From assembly GCA_965248925.1 (NCBI GenBank), contig CBDFLE010000005.1, positions 1,376,001 to 1,440,000 of the forward strand: a stretch of DNA of 64,000 nucleotides, written 5' to 3'. This DNA is from Candidatus Multivoradales bacterium. Its GTDB lineage: Bacteria; Acidobacteriota; Thermoanaerobaculia; Multivoradales; J023. Below, one piece after another: positions 28,425-41,622 of the stretch. A program made the translations under genes and the position numbers. Position 1 is the stretch's first letter. Each line of letters begins with the position of its first letter. A model generated the notes under the pieces. The model saw nothing but the letters and a program-made list of their open reading frames with translations. It did not search any database and had not been told where the DNA came from.

Positions 28425-30887
28425 TCACCAAACTCCTGCGGCCAGCGCCGCCGCTTTCAACAAATCAGCAAAGACTCCGGCGGCGGTTACCTCCGGACCG
28501 GCCCCCGGACCCCTGACCACTAACGGCGAGTCACGGTAGCGGGTGGTGGTGAACGCCACCAGGTTGTCCGCCCCTTCGATCCCAAAGGCGGGATGCTCGG
28601 CCGCCACTGCTTGCAGGGCAACCCGCGCGCCATGCGGGTCCAACGACGCTACATAGCGTAGACGCTGGCCTTGAGCAGCGGCCTCGGCGCGGCGCTCGGC
28701 AAATCCTTGGTCGAGTTCTGGCAACCGCTGCCAGAAACTATCGAGATCGAGCCCGCTCCACGGCTCTGCCGGCACCAGGGGTTCGACTTGGACCTCTTCC
28801 GGCTCGATCGAACGACCGGCCGAACGTGCCAGAATCGTCAGCTTGCGGCCGACATCAGCACCTCCAAGATCGTCCCAAGGATGAGGCTCGGTTAGCCCAT
28901 CATCATAGGCGCGTCGCACTGCTTTGCTAAACGGCAGGCCGCCGTCGAGCCAATCGAGCACGGCGTTGAGAGTGCCCGAAAGGAGACCCTCGATACGCTC
29001 CAGCCGATCGCCGGTGCGACGCAAGTCGGCAAGGGTCGAAAGGACCGGTAGACCCGCGCCGACTGTCGCTTCGTGCAACAGGACAGCACCGCTGCCGGCT
29101 GCTGCCTGGAGCAACTCCCGATAACTGGCCTCCGGACCGGCGAAGGGCCGCTTGTTGGCCGCCACCACCGCCACCCCGGCGGCCAGCAAACGCGGGTAGG
29201 AGGAGGCAGTGGACTCGCTGGCCGTACAGTCGATCCACACCCGAGCGGCCGCCGAACCGCGGTCGAGGAAGAAATCCTCGAGTCGCCGCGGCTCACGCTT
29301 GCCACCACCGGCAAGGGCTTGCCGCCAACGCTCGAGATCAATCCCGGCGCCATCTTCGACTTGCCGCTGGCTCGCTCCCAGAGCCACCAAGCGCAGTTCA
29401 AGGCCCGCCTCCGCGGCCAACCGGGGGGCTGCCTGCCGCAACTGTTCGAGTAGCGCGCTACCGACCCGACCGGTACCGAGCAAGGCGATCTCCACCCGTT
29501 GCGGAACGACGCCGAAGAAACCCTCGTGCAATGCACACAATGCCCGATGCTGGTCCGCGGCATCGATCACCAGCGAAATATTGAGTTCTGAAGAGCCCTG
29601 AGCGATCGCCCGCACGTTGATCTGCTGCCGGCTGAGCAAACCGAACAGACGCGCCGCCACCCCACTGCGCTCGCGCATCGCCTCGCCGACCACCGCAATT
29701 ACCGACAGCGGTTGCTCGACCAGCAGAGGCTCGACCAGGTCAGCTTGCAGTTCGAGAGCAAATTCCTCGCTAATCGCCGAGCACGCCGCGGCGACTTCGG
29801 CCGGCTCCACCGCCAGGCTGATCGAATGCTCGGAGGAGCCTTGGGTGATCAAGATTACCGACACCTCGCAGCGAGCCAGAGCGCCGAACAAGCGCATCGC
29901 AACTCCCGGCACGCCGACCATGCCGTCACCCTCGAGGCGCAACAAGGCCACTTGTGGGATCGATGAGATACCGCGCACTAGATAGTCAGACGGCGCCGAT
30001 TCTTCGGTCACCAGCGTACCGGTCGCCGCCGGTCGCAGAGTGTTCTTGATCCACAGCGGAATAGCTCCGCGGCGGGCCGGGTGAATGCTCGGTGGATAAA
30101 CTATCTTGGCACCAAAATGCGACAACTCCATCAACTCGGCATAGCTCAACCGCGGCAGCACTCGGACACCCTCGACCTGGCGCGGATCGGCACTCAGCAC
30201 CCCGTCGACATCGGTCCACAATTCTATCGCTTCCGCATCAACGGCAGCGCCGAGTAATGCTGCGGTGTAATCCGAACCGCCCCGGCCGAGGGTGGTGGTC
30301 TGCCCCTCCGAGGTCGCGGCAACAAAGCCAGTTACCACCGCCAAGCGCTCCGGGTCGGCAAGAGCAGCTCGGCAACGGCGATAGGTTTCCCTGACCTCCA
30401 CCCGAGCACGGCCAAAGACAGCATCAGTGACGATTAATTGCCGCGCGTCAACCGCCGTTGCCGGCAGTCCTGCAGCTCGCATCGCGGCCGCTACCGCCAT
30501 CGCCGACAGCCGCTCGCCATAAGACACGATGCGGTCACCAGCCCGATCGCTGAGTTCGCGCAACAGGAAGACACCCCGAAGCAAGTCGTTCAGCTCGTCG
30601 ATCTCTGCCAGCAACAGCTGGCGCACGGCAGCAGCTTCGGTAACCGGCGCCAGCTCGGCCAGCGCCAAGCGATGGCGCTCAGCGAGATTGTCGAGGGAAT
30701 CGCGGTAGGCGTCGTCGTGGGCCGCGGCCAACTCAGCAGCTTGCAGCAACGAGTTGGTCACCCCGCCAAATGCCGACACCACCACCGCTAGGCGACCGCG
30801 CGAGTGCGCCTTGGCGACGATCTCCACTACACCGCGAATCCGTTCTGGAGTGGACAGAGAGCTGCCACCGAACTTGAGCACCTTCAT
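28425..30887 (-). CDS. thrA: Bifunctional aspartokinase/homoserine dehydrogenase I
   Basis: MKVLKFGGSS, TLGRGGSDYTAA, WTDVDG, two ACT domains, GTGRVG, EATVGAGLP, GPGAG.EVTAAGVFAD. Confidence 0.96.
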   Translation of the reverse strand: MKVLKFGGSSLSTPERIRGVVEIVAKAHSRGRLAVVVSAFGGVTNSLLQAAELAAAHDDAYRDSLDNLAERHRLALAELAPVTEAAAVRQLLLAEIDELNDLLRGVFLLRELSDRAGDRIVSYGERLSAMAVAAAMRAAGLPATAVDARQLIVTDAVFGRARVEVRETYRRCRAALADPERLAVVTGFVAATSEGQTTTLGRGGSDYTAALLGAAVDAEAIELWTDVDGVLSADPRQVEGVRVLPRLSYAELMELSHFGAKIVYPPSIHPARRGAIPLWIKNTLRPAATGTLVTEESAPSDYLVRGISSIPQVALLRLEGDGMVGVPGVAMRLFGALARCEVSVILITQGSSEHSISLAVEPAEVAAACSAISEEFALELQADLVEPLLVEQPLSVIAVVGEAMRERSGVAARLFGLLSRQQINVRAIAQGSSELNISLVIDAADQHRALCALHEGFFGVVPQRVEIALLGTGRVGSALLEQLRQAAPRLAAEAGLELRLVALGASQRQVEDGAGIDLERWRQALAGGGKREPRRLEDFFLDRGSAAARVWIDCTASESTASSYPRLLAAGVAVVAANKRPFAGPEASYRELLQAAAGSGAVLLHEATVGAGLPVLSTLADLRRTGDRLERIEGLLSGTLNAVLDWLDGGLPFSKAVRRAYDDGLTEPHPWDDLGGADVGRKLTILARSAGRSIEPEEVQVEPLVPAEPWSGLDLDSFWQRLPELDQGFAERRAEAAAQGQRLRYVASLDPHGARVALQAVAAEHPAFGIEGADNLVAFTTTRYRDSPLVVRGPGAGPEVTAAGVFADLLKAAALAAGVW

Positions 30888-31008
30888 CTAGGTAATCCCC
30901 GGGAATCCGCGCCGTCGGGCGCGGCCCTCGATCTTCGAGGCTCAGTAGTCTAAGGCCAAATAGAGGTTCAGACCTAGAGCATAGGAGTCTCCGTATACTC
31001 TCTGTACG

Positions 31009-31929
31009 ATGGCAAATTCGAAACGCCGACCCGACGGGCCGCCCCCCGAGAGCCCGAAAATCGCACCAGCTGAGCTGCAGGAACTACTTGCTGAATTGCG
31101 CCAGCAAGCCGCTGCTTACCCGCCGCAAGAGATGTGGGACAGCCTCGAACCACGGCGCTGGCCAGCCTTTTTCCGCTTGCTCGATATCGCCGCCGATCTG
31201 CCGCGACTGGCTGAACAAGGAGTGCTCCAACGGTTGCCCGCAGTGCTGTGGCCCGAACTCACCAAAGTCAGCGACGACCTTATTGCCCTCCAGCGCTGGG
31301 TCGACCTGCCGGTGGTGCCCGCGCAATCGATCGAACTCAGGACCGCCGCTAGTCCCGCTCAGGCTGCCGCCGAATTGGTCGATTTGCACCTGACCAACAT
31401 CGACTTCCTATTCGCGGCCGAACAGCGAGCCGAGATCGAGCGTCAGGTTGCCGGATTGGCCGCCCAGCGTGGCGGCAGTTGGGGCGAATTGGATCGAACA
31501 AGCGCCCCTCAGCTTTGGGACTGCTTCGCGGCGGCTCTGGGTAGCGATATCTTTCGTCAACTGACCGGCTTTGACCTCGCCCGCGGCGAGTTCTCGATCA
31601 CTCTCTCGCTACAGGACTTGCAGCCCGCCGGGATCGGTTGGCATCGCGATCTTTACTGGCCGCGAGAGTGGGTGGGTCGTGATGTCTTCGCCCTGTTCTA
31701 CGCCCTCGGCGCCGACCGGCCGGAAAAGGGCGGCGCCTTCGTTCACTACGTGCCCTGGCGGAATCAGATCTTCCACTTCTACCGCCAACGTCACCAAGCC
31801 ACCGTGCTGTGGAACTCCCGCCACCGCCGCGGCCGGCTGCTGCATGCGGTCAGTGGCTACCGCGGCGCGGACACTTCACGCCACTTGATCATCGTTCAGT
31901 GTCTGCGCCAGGACCGCTCGCGAGCGTAG
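31009..31929 (+). CDS. Hypothetical protein with a 2OG-Fe(II) oxygenase-like C-terminal domain
   Basis: WHRD (HxD), GGAF, LLHAVS (distal His) and R..I spacing typical of double-stranded beta-helix dioxygenases. Confidence 0.55.
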   Translation: MANSKRRPDGPPPESPKIAPAELQELLAELRQQAAAYPPQEMWDSLEPRRWPAFFRLLDIAADLPRLAEQGVLQRLPAVLWPELTKVSDDLIALQRWVDLPVVPAQSIELRTAASPAQAAAELVDLHLTNIDFLFAAEQRAEIERQVAGLAAQRGGSWGELDRTSAPQLWDCFAAALGSDIFRQLTGFDLARGEFSITLSLQDLQPAGIGWHRDLYWPREWVGRDVFALFYALGADRPEKGGAFVHYVPWRNQIFHFYRQRHQATVLWNSRHRRGRLLHAVSGYRGADTSRHLIIVQCLRQDRSRA

Positions 31930-31955
31930 CTAGCAGCGGCGGCTACCGGCGCTGC

Positions 31956-33491
31956 TCAGGAGTTGTTGAGGAACAGATAACTCATGTCCACTGCCGAGCC
32001 ACCGGAGTGGCAACCCATGCAGCTGCTGGTGTTGACTTGAGCCCCGCTCTGCCATTCGGTGAAGTAAGTCTCGATCACCGCGTTGCGTGAAAAGGCCGGC
32101 GTGACCGTAGCCGGATAGGGACCGTCAGAGAGCTTCGGCCACTGGGTGGTGACCAGGAAGTAGTGATCGAAAACGCCTTTCTCGAGCTGGCTGTAAATCG
32201 CGTTGCAAGCCTGGGTCAAGGGCGGCGGCGGATCGATCCGAGTCACCTGATCCGGGATCGGACTTGCCGGGACCGTTCCCCCGACATAGCGGTAGAGATT
32301 CTCACAGCATTGATAGGCGCCGTCTGGATTCGGCGTCGTGACCGCGGCGCAGGTCGCGGCGTCGACCACCGGTGTACAACTGGTGTTGAAAAACGAGTAG
32401 CTGCCCGAACTGCCGTCGCTACCCACCGGCGGCACGTTGTGCCGATGCTCGAAAGTTGCCCAGGCCCAAGAGTTCTTGCGCCCATCGTTGTCCGACGATA
32501 TGGCATGAGAAACCTTGCGCGCGATGTGCAAGCCAACCAGGCCCATGGGTTGGACCGAGCAGCTGCCGGTTGCCGGGTCTTGCACTTGCAGCTGCTGATA
32601 GAAAAAGGTGCCGGAGCCCACTTCTTCACTGCTCAACACTTTCCATGCCGCCTTGACTTCCGTGGATTCGAGGGGAAAGGTAAAAGGCGTGCAAGTTTCT
32701 GTTGCGTACTCGCCAGTGCAGTTGAGTTCTGCTGGCGACTTGTTCTGCGCTCCAGCAGCGATGATCGCCTGGTACTCGGTGTCGTCGATACGAATCTCGT
32801 AATAGACCGGCAGCAGTGGATCTTCTCCTTGCGGGTAGAGCGGCCCGCGAAAGGCCTGGTCGATGCTCTTCAAAGAGCCATCTTCCGCCGCTCCACCCAG
32901 CATTGCCGCGGCCACCGCCACTCGTGCACCGTGGGCTAACTTTGAGGTCATCGACAGTACCCGTGGCCCAGCCGGGTCACAGCCACTGGGCACCGCCCTA
33001 GCCCGCGAATAGTCGGCGGCGGTCAGCGAACTGCCGTCATCGGCGAAGAGGTCGGCGGCGTCCTTGTATAGCTCCCACACAATGGGCAAGAACACTCCGT
33101 TCTCCTGCACGCCGATCGCCTTGCTGGTATCCGGCTGGCCGTTGATTAGCGCCGGCCAGCTGGTATTGAAGAACGAACGCCAGGAGAGCTGATCGAAACT
33201 CGATTGACTCGGCGTCCAGCCGGCGGATGCCTGCGGCGTGCAAACATCCGGCCAGTAAACCGGAGTGACCGGCGGATTGCCGCCATCCGCCATGGCGCAG
33301 TCATCTGACTGAAAACCCGCCGCCCACGTTTCGCTGGTCTCGCAAGATTCCGGCCCTCCCCCACCGCCAAGAGTATCTCCCGGCGCGGGATCTGTGGCCG
33401 ACTCATCCGAGCAGCCCCCCACACCGAGTAGTGTGATAGTGAGAATCAGCCTCGGGACAGGGAAACACCTTGCGGATTCGCGACAGCTCAT
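31956..33491 (-). CDS. Cys-rich lipoprotein with a single C-terminal heme-c motif
   Basis: Lipobox VGGC; FDQLSW, EVKAAW, GLVGLHI, WAWATFEH blocks; CMGCH near the C-terminus; SD GAGGAG. Confidence 0.7.
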   Translation of the reverse strand: MSCRESARCFPVPRLILTITLLGVGGCSDESATDPAPGDTLGGGGGPESCETSETWAAGFQSDDCAMADGGNPPVTPVYWPDVCTPQASAGWTPSQSSFDQLSWRSFFNTSWPALINGQPDTSKAIGVQENGVFLPIVWELYKDAADLFADDGSSLTAADYSRARAVPSGCDPAGPRVLSMTSKLAHGARVAVAAAMLGGAAEDGSLKSIDQAFRGPLYPQGEDPLLPVYYEIRIDDTEYQAIIAAGAQNKSPAELNCTGEYATETCTPFTFPLESTEVKAAWKVLSSEEVGSGTFFYQQLQVQDPATGSCSVQPMGLVGLHIARKVSHAISSDNDGRKNSWAWATFEHRHNVPPVGSDGSSGSYSFFNTSCTPVVDAATCAAVTTPNPDGAYQCCENLYRYVGGTVPASPIPDQVTRIDPPPPLTQACNAIYSQLEKGVFDHYFLVTTQWPKLSDGPYPATVTPAFSRNAVIETYFTEWQSGAQVNTSSCMGCHSGGSAVDMSYLFLNNS

Positions 33492-33661
33492 CGGGCTCTC
33501 CTCGATTTTGCGCAACCGAAACCAAAGTTGCCCTAGAAGTCAATCTTCTGGCAGCAGCTAAAGTCGGAGCGAATGGTTTTTCTGGCTGGCCGAAAGTGTA
33601 CCAGAACCACTCAGGCTGCCAGCGGTAAACAGTGGCTGCGCAGAGCGAGCAGATCCCACAA

Positions 33662-33695
33662 CGAGAAAAGCCGGCTCGAAAGCCGGCTTTTCTCG
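33662..33695. terminator. Bidirectional intrinsic terminator after the DUF4332 gene
   Basis: Perfect 15-bp stem CGAGAAAAGCCGGCT-CGAA-AGCCGGCTTTTCTCG (TTCG loop on the minus strand). Confidence 0.85.
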
Positions 33696-33715
33696 CCAAA
33701 CTCAAGGCCCGGGAA

Positions 33716-34123
33716 TCAGTGAGTGATCACCGGCGTCAGCGACTTCGCCTGGGTCACCCAATCGACCACTTGGGCCACCGCCGGGACCGAACGGGTTAGC
33801 TTCTTCTCGGTATTGACCTCACGCATCTTGGCCGCCAGGTTCTCGGCGTTGCGATTGCGCAGTTCCTTGACCGTGTCGACTCCAGCGGCTTCTAGAAGCT
33901 CGCTGAACTGCGGCCCGATGCCGGTGATCCGCATCAGATCTGCCAAGTTGGCCCACTTCAAGAGGTGGCTCTCGGACAGGCCGGTCATCACCGCCGCCGA
34001 CTTGCGACCCTGGCGATCGCAGCAGTCTTTAAGCAAGGCGTCGGTGGTGCGGATGCCGGCGTCTTTGAGCTTGGCGCCGTAGGCCGGGCCAATACCCTCG
34101 ATCTCTTCAATGCTATAACCCAT
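33716..34123 (-). CDS. DUF4332 domain protein (helix-hairpin-helix)
   Basis: IEGIGP, WANLADLMRITGIG.QFSELLEAAGVDTVKEL; SD GAGGAG. Confidence 0.88.
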   Translation of the reverse strand: MGYSIEEIEGIGPAYGAKLKDAGIRTTDALLKDCCDRQGRKSAAVMTGLSESHLLKWANLADLMRITGIGPQFSELLEAAGVDTVKELRNRNAENLAAKMREVNTEKKLTRSVPAVAQVVDWVTQAKSLTPVITH

Positions 34124-34200
34124 GTCAATTAACTCCTCTGTCGATTACCCGTACTTCAAGTCGCCGATTTTCTATTTGCTGGTCAAAGGCCAGTCGCGGC

Positions 34201-34707
34201 TCACCCAGCCTCGGCAGCCGTCGGCGGAATGCGCAGTACCTGACCCGGATAGATCTTGTCTGGATCGCTGAGCATCGGCTTGTTGGCCTCGAAGATCATC
34301 GGGTACTTCATCGCATTGCCGTAGTGCTTCTTGGCAATCTTCGACAGCGAGTCGCCACTGACCACGGTGTGGTACACAGCCTCGGGTTCCGGCGTCTCGA
34401 CCACCATCTGGTCGTCGACCCGGGCCAAGCCAGCGGTGTTACCAATCACCAGGACAACCTTCTCGCGAACTTCCTGGCTGGGGGCGGTGCCGGTCACCGT
34501 GGCATCGTCGCCGCTGATGACGATGGCCAGATCTTCGACACTGAAGCCAAGTTTCTCGACCTGCGCTACCAAAGCAGCGCCACGGTGGCGGTCACGGATA
34601 CGGTTGAGTTCTGCGGCAGAAACGGTCGGCGCCTGGGCCTTGACTTTCTCTTCTTCGCGGCCAAACAATTTGGCGCCTGCGCCTTTGACGAAATCGATGA
34701 AACCCAT
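34201..34707 (-). CDS. kbp: BON-LysM potassium-binding protein Kbp/YgaU
   Basis: MGFIDFVKGAGAKLFG; BON domain with EKVVLVIGN; LysM GDSLSKIAK..IFEANKPMLSDPDKIYPGQVLRIP. Confidence 0.88.
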   Translation of the reverse strand: MGFIDFVKGAGAKLFGREEEKVKAQAPTVSAAELNRIRDRHRGAALVAQVEKLGFSVEDLAIVISGDDATVTGTAPSQEVREKVVLVIGNTAGLARVDDQMVVETPEPEAVYHTVVSGDSLSKIAKKHYGNAMKYPMIFEANKPMLSDPDKIYPGQVLRIPPTAAEAG

Positions 34708-34806
34708 AATTACGGTCTCCTTCTGGATGCGGACGGCACGATGGCCGCTCGCGTGTTTGCGGGAATGGTGTCTGCGAAAGTAGATCTGTTCTTGACTTGT
34801 CCGACT

Positions 34807-35412
34807 CTAACGGCGGCTCAGGAAACTGCCCAGCAGATTCTTGCCAAGCTTGGCAAGGTCATCGCCGACCTTGCCGTCGCCATCCGCATCGAGCAGTTTG
34901 CCGAGCATGCCCATGGCGGCGGGTTCGCGGCGCTCGGCGCGGGCGCTCTCCTGACCCAGCATCTGGGCCAATGAACCGGCGTTCATCCCACCTTTGCGTT
35001 GCTGCTTGCCCAGCGCACCCATCACCAACGGCGCCAGCATGGTCAGCAGCTTGCCGGTGGATCCGGCGTCCAGGCCGCTCATCTGGCCCAGGCCGCGCTC
35101 GACGTTGCCACGAGAACCGCCCAAGACATGGCGCAAGATACCGTCACCCATGCTCGAAGCCTGGTTGCCGCCCTTGCCAAGGAAACCGGCAACGTTGTCC
35201 AAAATGCTGCCATCGTGGTCGCGGCTCAGGGCGCCAGCCAGAGCTTCGGCGCCACCGGTGGAGTTGGCATTTTTCGCCAGAGCACTGACCAACATCGGCA
35301 AAGCGCCGGAAATCGCTTTGGCGGTGGCACCTTCGTCGGCACCGAGATGCTTACTGAGAGTCCGCACGGTGTCACCACCGGCGACCTCACTGAGAATGTC
35401 GAGAATGGACAT
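34807..35412 (-). CDS. DUF937 domain protein
   Basis: HDGSILD, GILRHVLG, LAPLVMGALG, LDADGDG motif. Confidence 0.85.
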   Translation of the reverse strand: MSILDILSEVAGGDTVRTLSKHLGADEGATAKAISGALPMLVSALAKNANSTGGAEALAGALSRDHDGSILDNVAGFLGKGGNQASSMGDGILRHVLGGSRGNVERGLGQMSGLDAGSTGKLLTMLAPLVMGALGKQQRKGGMNAGSLAQMLGQESARAERREPAAMGMLGKLLDADGDGKVGDDLAKLGKNLLGSFLSRR

Positions 35413-35711
35413 TTGAATCCCCTTTAAAGTCGTTTGAATCCTGTCAAGAGCGTTACCGCCGCGGCGATCCTACTCCAACACTTGCACTGTACTTGCACTG
35501 TCTTGAGAACTGCTTGTCATCAGGACGCAGTCCAGAAAGCGTCGTTGGGACAGCCTCTGGAGCGAGCCGGCGAACCTCTCCAGGAAGAGGCCGGGCAGCG
35601 CAACGACCGCGGGTCCATGGACCTTCGCCGCTGCAATATCGACCCGGCGCAAGAATCCTTGCCGGGCGTTAAACAAAAGATTGAAAGCTCGGTTGCACGG
35701 TAAAAACTTAC

Positions 35712-35727
35712 AGCAAATGACGTGCCA
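35712..35727 (-). promoter_or_regulatory. sigma54 (-24/-12) promoter
   Basis: Minus strand TGGCACG-TCAT-TTGCT, an exact match to the TGGCACG-N4-TTGCW consensus, with AT-rich flanks. Confidence 0.75.
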
Positions 35728-36025
35728 GATCCAGTAAGTAGTAGGTGCCTTTTGCAAATTCAGAGCTAAATAGCTGATTTTATGGGGTTTTCCCAATTTC
35801 CGGGCAGATACTTGGAGGTCCGACACCTGTGGCGCGGGGGAAAGACCAGGGATAAATTCACCCCCTGGGAAGAATTCCCGGCTGACCAGCAGCCATTCCG
35901 GGGTTGATCAGCCTGCTGGCCAAGGTCATAATTCGCTCTGCGGCACGCTCGCTGTCGGCCTCTGCTCAGTCGCCTCTACCGCCCCTTATGTCTGACCCGG
36001 CAATTCCCGCATCGAGGAGCACACC

Positions 36026-39718
<3,693 letters not shown>

Positions 39719-39899
39719 CGACGGCGGTCGGGGTGCGAGGGCTATGGACTGCCCAGCCGGTTGAGAAAATCGAGCCCGCAAGCAAGAAGACTCTATCGAG
39801 TCTGGCAACGCTTTCCGTTTTCTCCCTGTGAGGGCCACAACTGTCTCCCGTGCCATTCGCCCTGGACGATGTCGGCCGAGTCACACAAAGGAGGAAGAG

Positions 39900-40454
39900 A
39901 TGTCAGATCTGGATCGCAGAAACTTCGTCGGGTTGCTGGGAATCGGTAGCCTGGGCTCGCTGGTGGCCAGCACCGCCGGCGCCCAGGGCGCGGCCGCCAA
40001 GGCTAGCAACGGCCTCAAGACGGGCCGGGACGATCCACCAGAACTCGCCCAGTTGCAGCAGAAGATCGAGCCTTACCTGCAGGGTATGGCCGAGCAGATC
40101 ATAGATCTCACCGGCGGCCGCGACAATCTGAAGCAGGATCTGGAAGCACTACTCGCAGATCCAGACCGAGATCCGGTCGATTGGTCGAGCCTGGTGCATT
40201 TCCTCAGCGGTGCCGTCTTCGGTGCGCTGTGCTTCAGCTTCAAGTGGACACTGATTCTGCTGATCCTCTGGGAAGTGATCGAGCCCTGGATCTGGGAAGG
40301 CTGGAACGAAAGCCCCATCAACATCGTCATGGACGTGATCATCGGCATGTTGGGCTGGATGGTGGCGTCGATCATCAAGGAAATCGTGCAAGCGATCCTG
40401 GCTGAGAATGGCGAGTTGCCCGCGGATCTTGTTGCGACCGGGGGCAAGGCTTGA
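39900..40454 (+). CDS. Tat-signal-bearing membrane protein with WS..HF..G / WE..E / ES..N...D motifs
   Basis: DRRNFV twin-arginine motif, AGA cleavage site; three hydrophobic segments; SD AAAGGAGG. Confidence 0.7.
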   Translation: MSDLDRRNFVGLLGIGSLGSLVASTAGAQGAAAKASNGLKTGRDDPPELAQLQQKIEPYLQGMAEQIIDLTGGRDNLKQDLEALLADPDRDPVDWSSLVHFLSGAVFGALCFSFKWTLILLILWEVIEPWIWEGWNESPINIVMDVIIGMLGWMVASIIKEIVQAILAENGELPADLVATGGKA

Positions 40455-40456
40455 GC

Positions 40457-40491
40457 TTGTTGGCCCACCCGCTGGAGGGGTGGGCCAACAA
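40457..40491. terminator. Perfect 14-bp hairpin right after the stop codon
   Basis: TTGTTGGCCCACCC-GCTGGAG-GGGTGGGCCAACAA; no U-tract on the plus strand. Confidence 0.55.
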
Positions 40492-40600
40492 CTCCCGCCA
40501 CCCCACACTCGAATGAGGATTTAGTAATCTAGCGACAACCAGACACCCTGCGCGGCGTAGTTTTGGTACCCTTCTTGCCAGCCCTTGATAGGAGCAGGCA

Positions 40601-41593
40601 TTGTCGAGCGAACCAACGTCTTCACCGCCACCACCGCTACAGACCTTCACCGCGCAGGAAACCGCGGCGATCTGTGATGCCGGCCTGCTGCGCGAATGCC
40701 AAGCGGGAGAGCAGCTGTTCGAGCGCGGCGAGCATGGTGACAGCATGTTCGTGATCGACCACGGTGAGGTCGAACTCACTTTCGTCGAGGCCGCTCCAGG
40801 CAAGGTGTTGCACGAAGGCGAGATCTTCGGCGAACTAGCCTTCATCACTGGCCAGCATCAACGCACCGCTACTGCCCGCACCCTGACCCCCTGCCACCTG
40901 TGGGTGGTCGACCAACAGGCCGTCGAGCGCCTGTTCGAGGAGCAGCCGCGGTTGCTGGTCAACCTGCTGCGCCGCACTTGCGGCTACCTGCTGACCTCCG
41001 AGGCGCGGCTGATCGACAGCTTGCGACGCCGCAATCGCGAGTTGCAGCAGACTCTCGACTTCCTCCGCCGGACCAAGGAGGAAGTCGACACCCAGGAGTT
41101 GTTAGCCAATACCGACCCACTCACCGGGCTCTACAACCGACGCTGCCTCGACCACCAGCTGAGCCGCTTCGTCGCCCGCGCCGAGGCGGCTGGCCACGGC
41201 CTCGCTCTCTTACTGCTGGACCTCGATGGTTTCAAACCGGTCAACGACACCCACGGCCATCCGGCCGGCGATCTGGTGCTTCAGCGGGTCGGCGAAGTGA
41301 TCAAGACCTGCGTCCGCAACAGCGATTTGCCTTGCCGCTATGGCGGCGACGAATTCGCCATCGTGCTGCCCGAGGTCCACGGCCACCAATCGCGGGACCG
41401 TGCCGAGCAACTGCGGGCCGCCATTGCCGCCATAGCGCCAGCGGTGGCTGGCTCGGAACTCCAGGTCACCGCCAGCGTCGGCGGCACCTTACTGCGCCGT
41501 GATGAGACTCCAGAGCAGCTCCTAGCCCGCGCCGACGAGTTGCTCTACCGGGCCAAGAAGGCGGGCCGCAATCGGGTCGAGTGGTTGGACTGA
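40601..41593 (+). CDS. cNMP-binding domain-containing diguanylate cyclase
   Basis: cNMP motif FGELAF..RTATA; DPLTGLYN, RNSD I-site, intact GGDEF. Confidence 0.92.
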   Translation: MSSEPTSSPPPPLQTFTAQETAAICDAGLLRECQAGEQLFERGEHGDSMFVIDHGEVELTFVEAAPGKVLHEGEIFGELAFITGQHQRTATARTLTPCHLWVVDQQAVERLFEEQPRLLVNLLRRTCGYLLTSEARLIDSLRRRNRELQQTLDFLRRTKEEVDTQELLANTDPLTGLYNRRCLDHQLSRFVARAEAAGHGLALLLLDLDGFKPVNDTHGHPAGDLVLQRVGEVIKTCVRNSDLPCRYGGDEFAIVLPEVHGHQSRDRAEQLRAAIAAIAPAVAGSELQVTASVGGTLLRRDETPEQLLARADELLYRAKKAGRNRVEWLD

Positions 41594-41622
41594 GCCAGAC
41601 GCCGCTACCAGCTACCTGCGAA

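Noticed and set aside
35730-36025. SAM or SAH riboswitch upstream of metH
   Set aside because: Only a GCTAAA fragment is seen; the conserved SAM-I, SAM-II and SAH core elements could not be assembled
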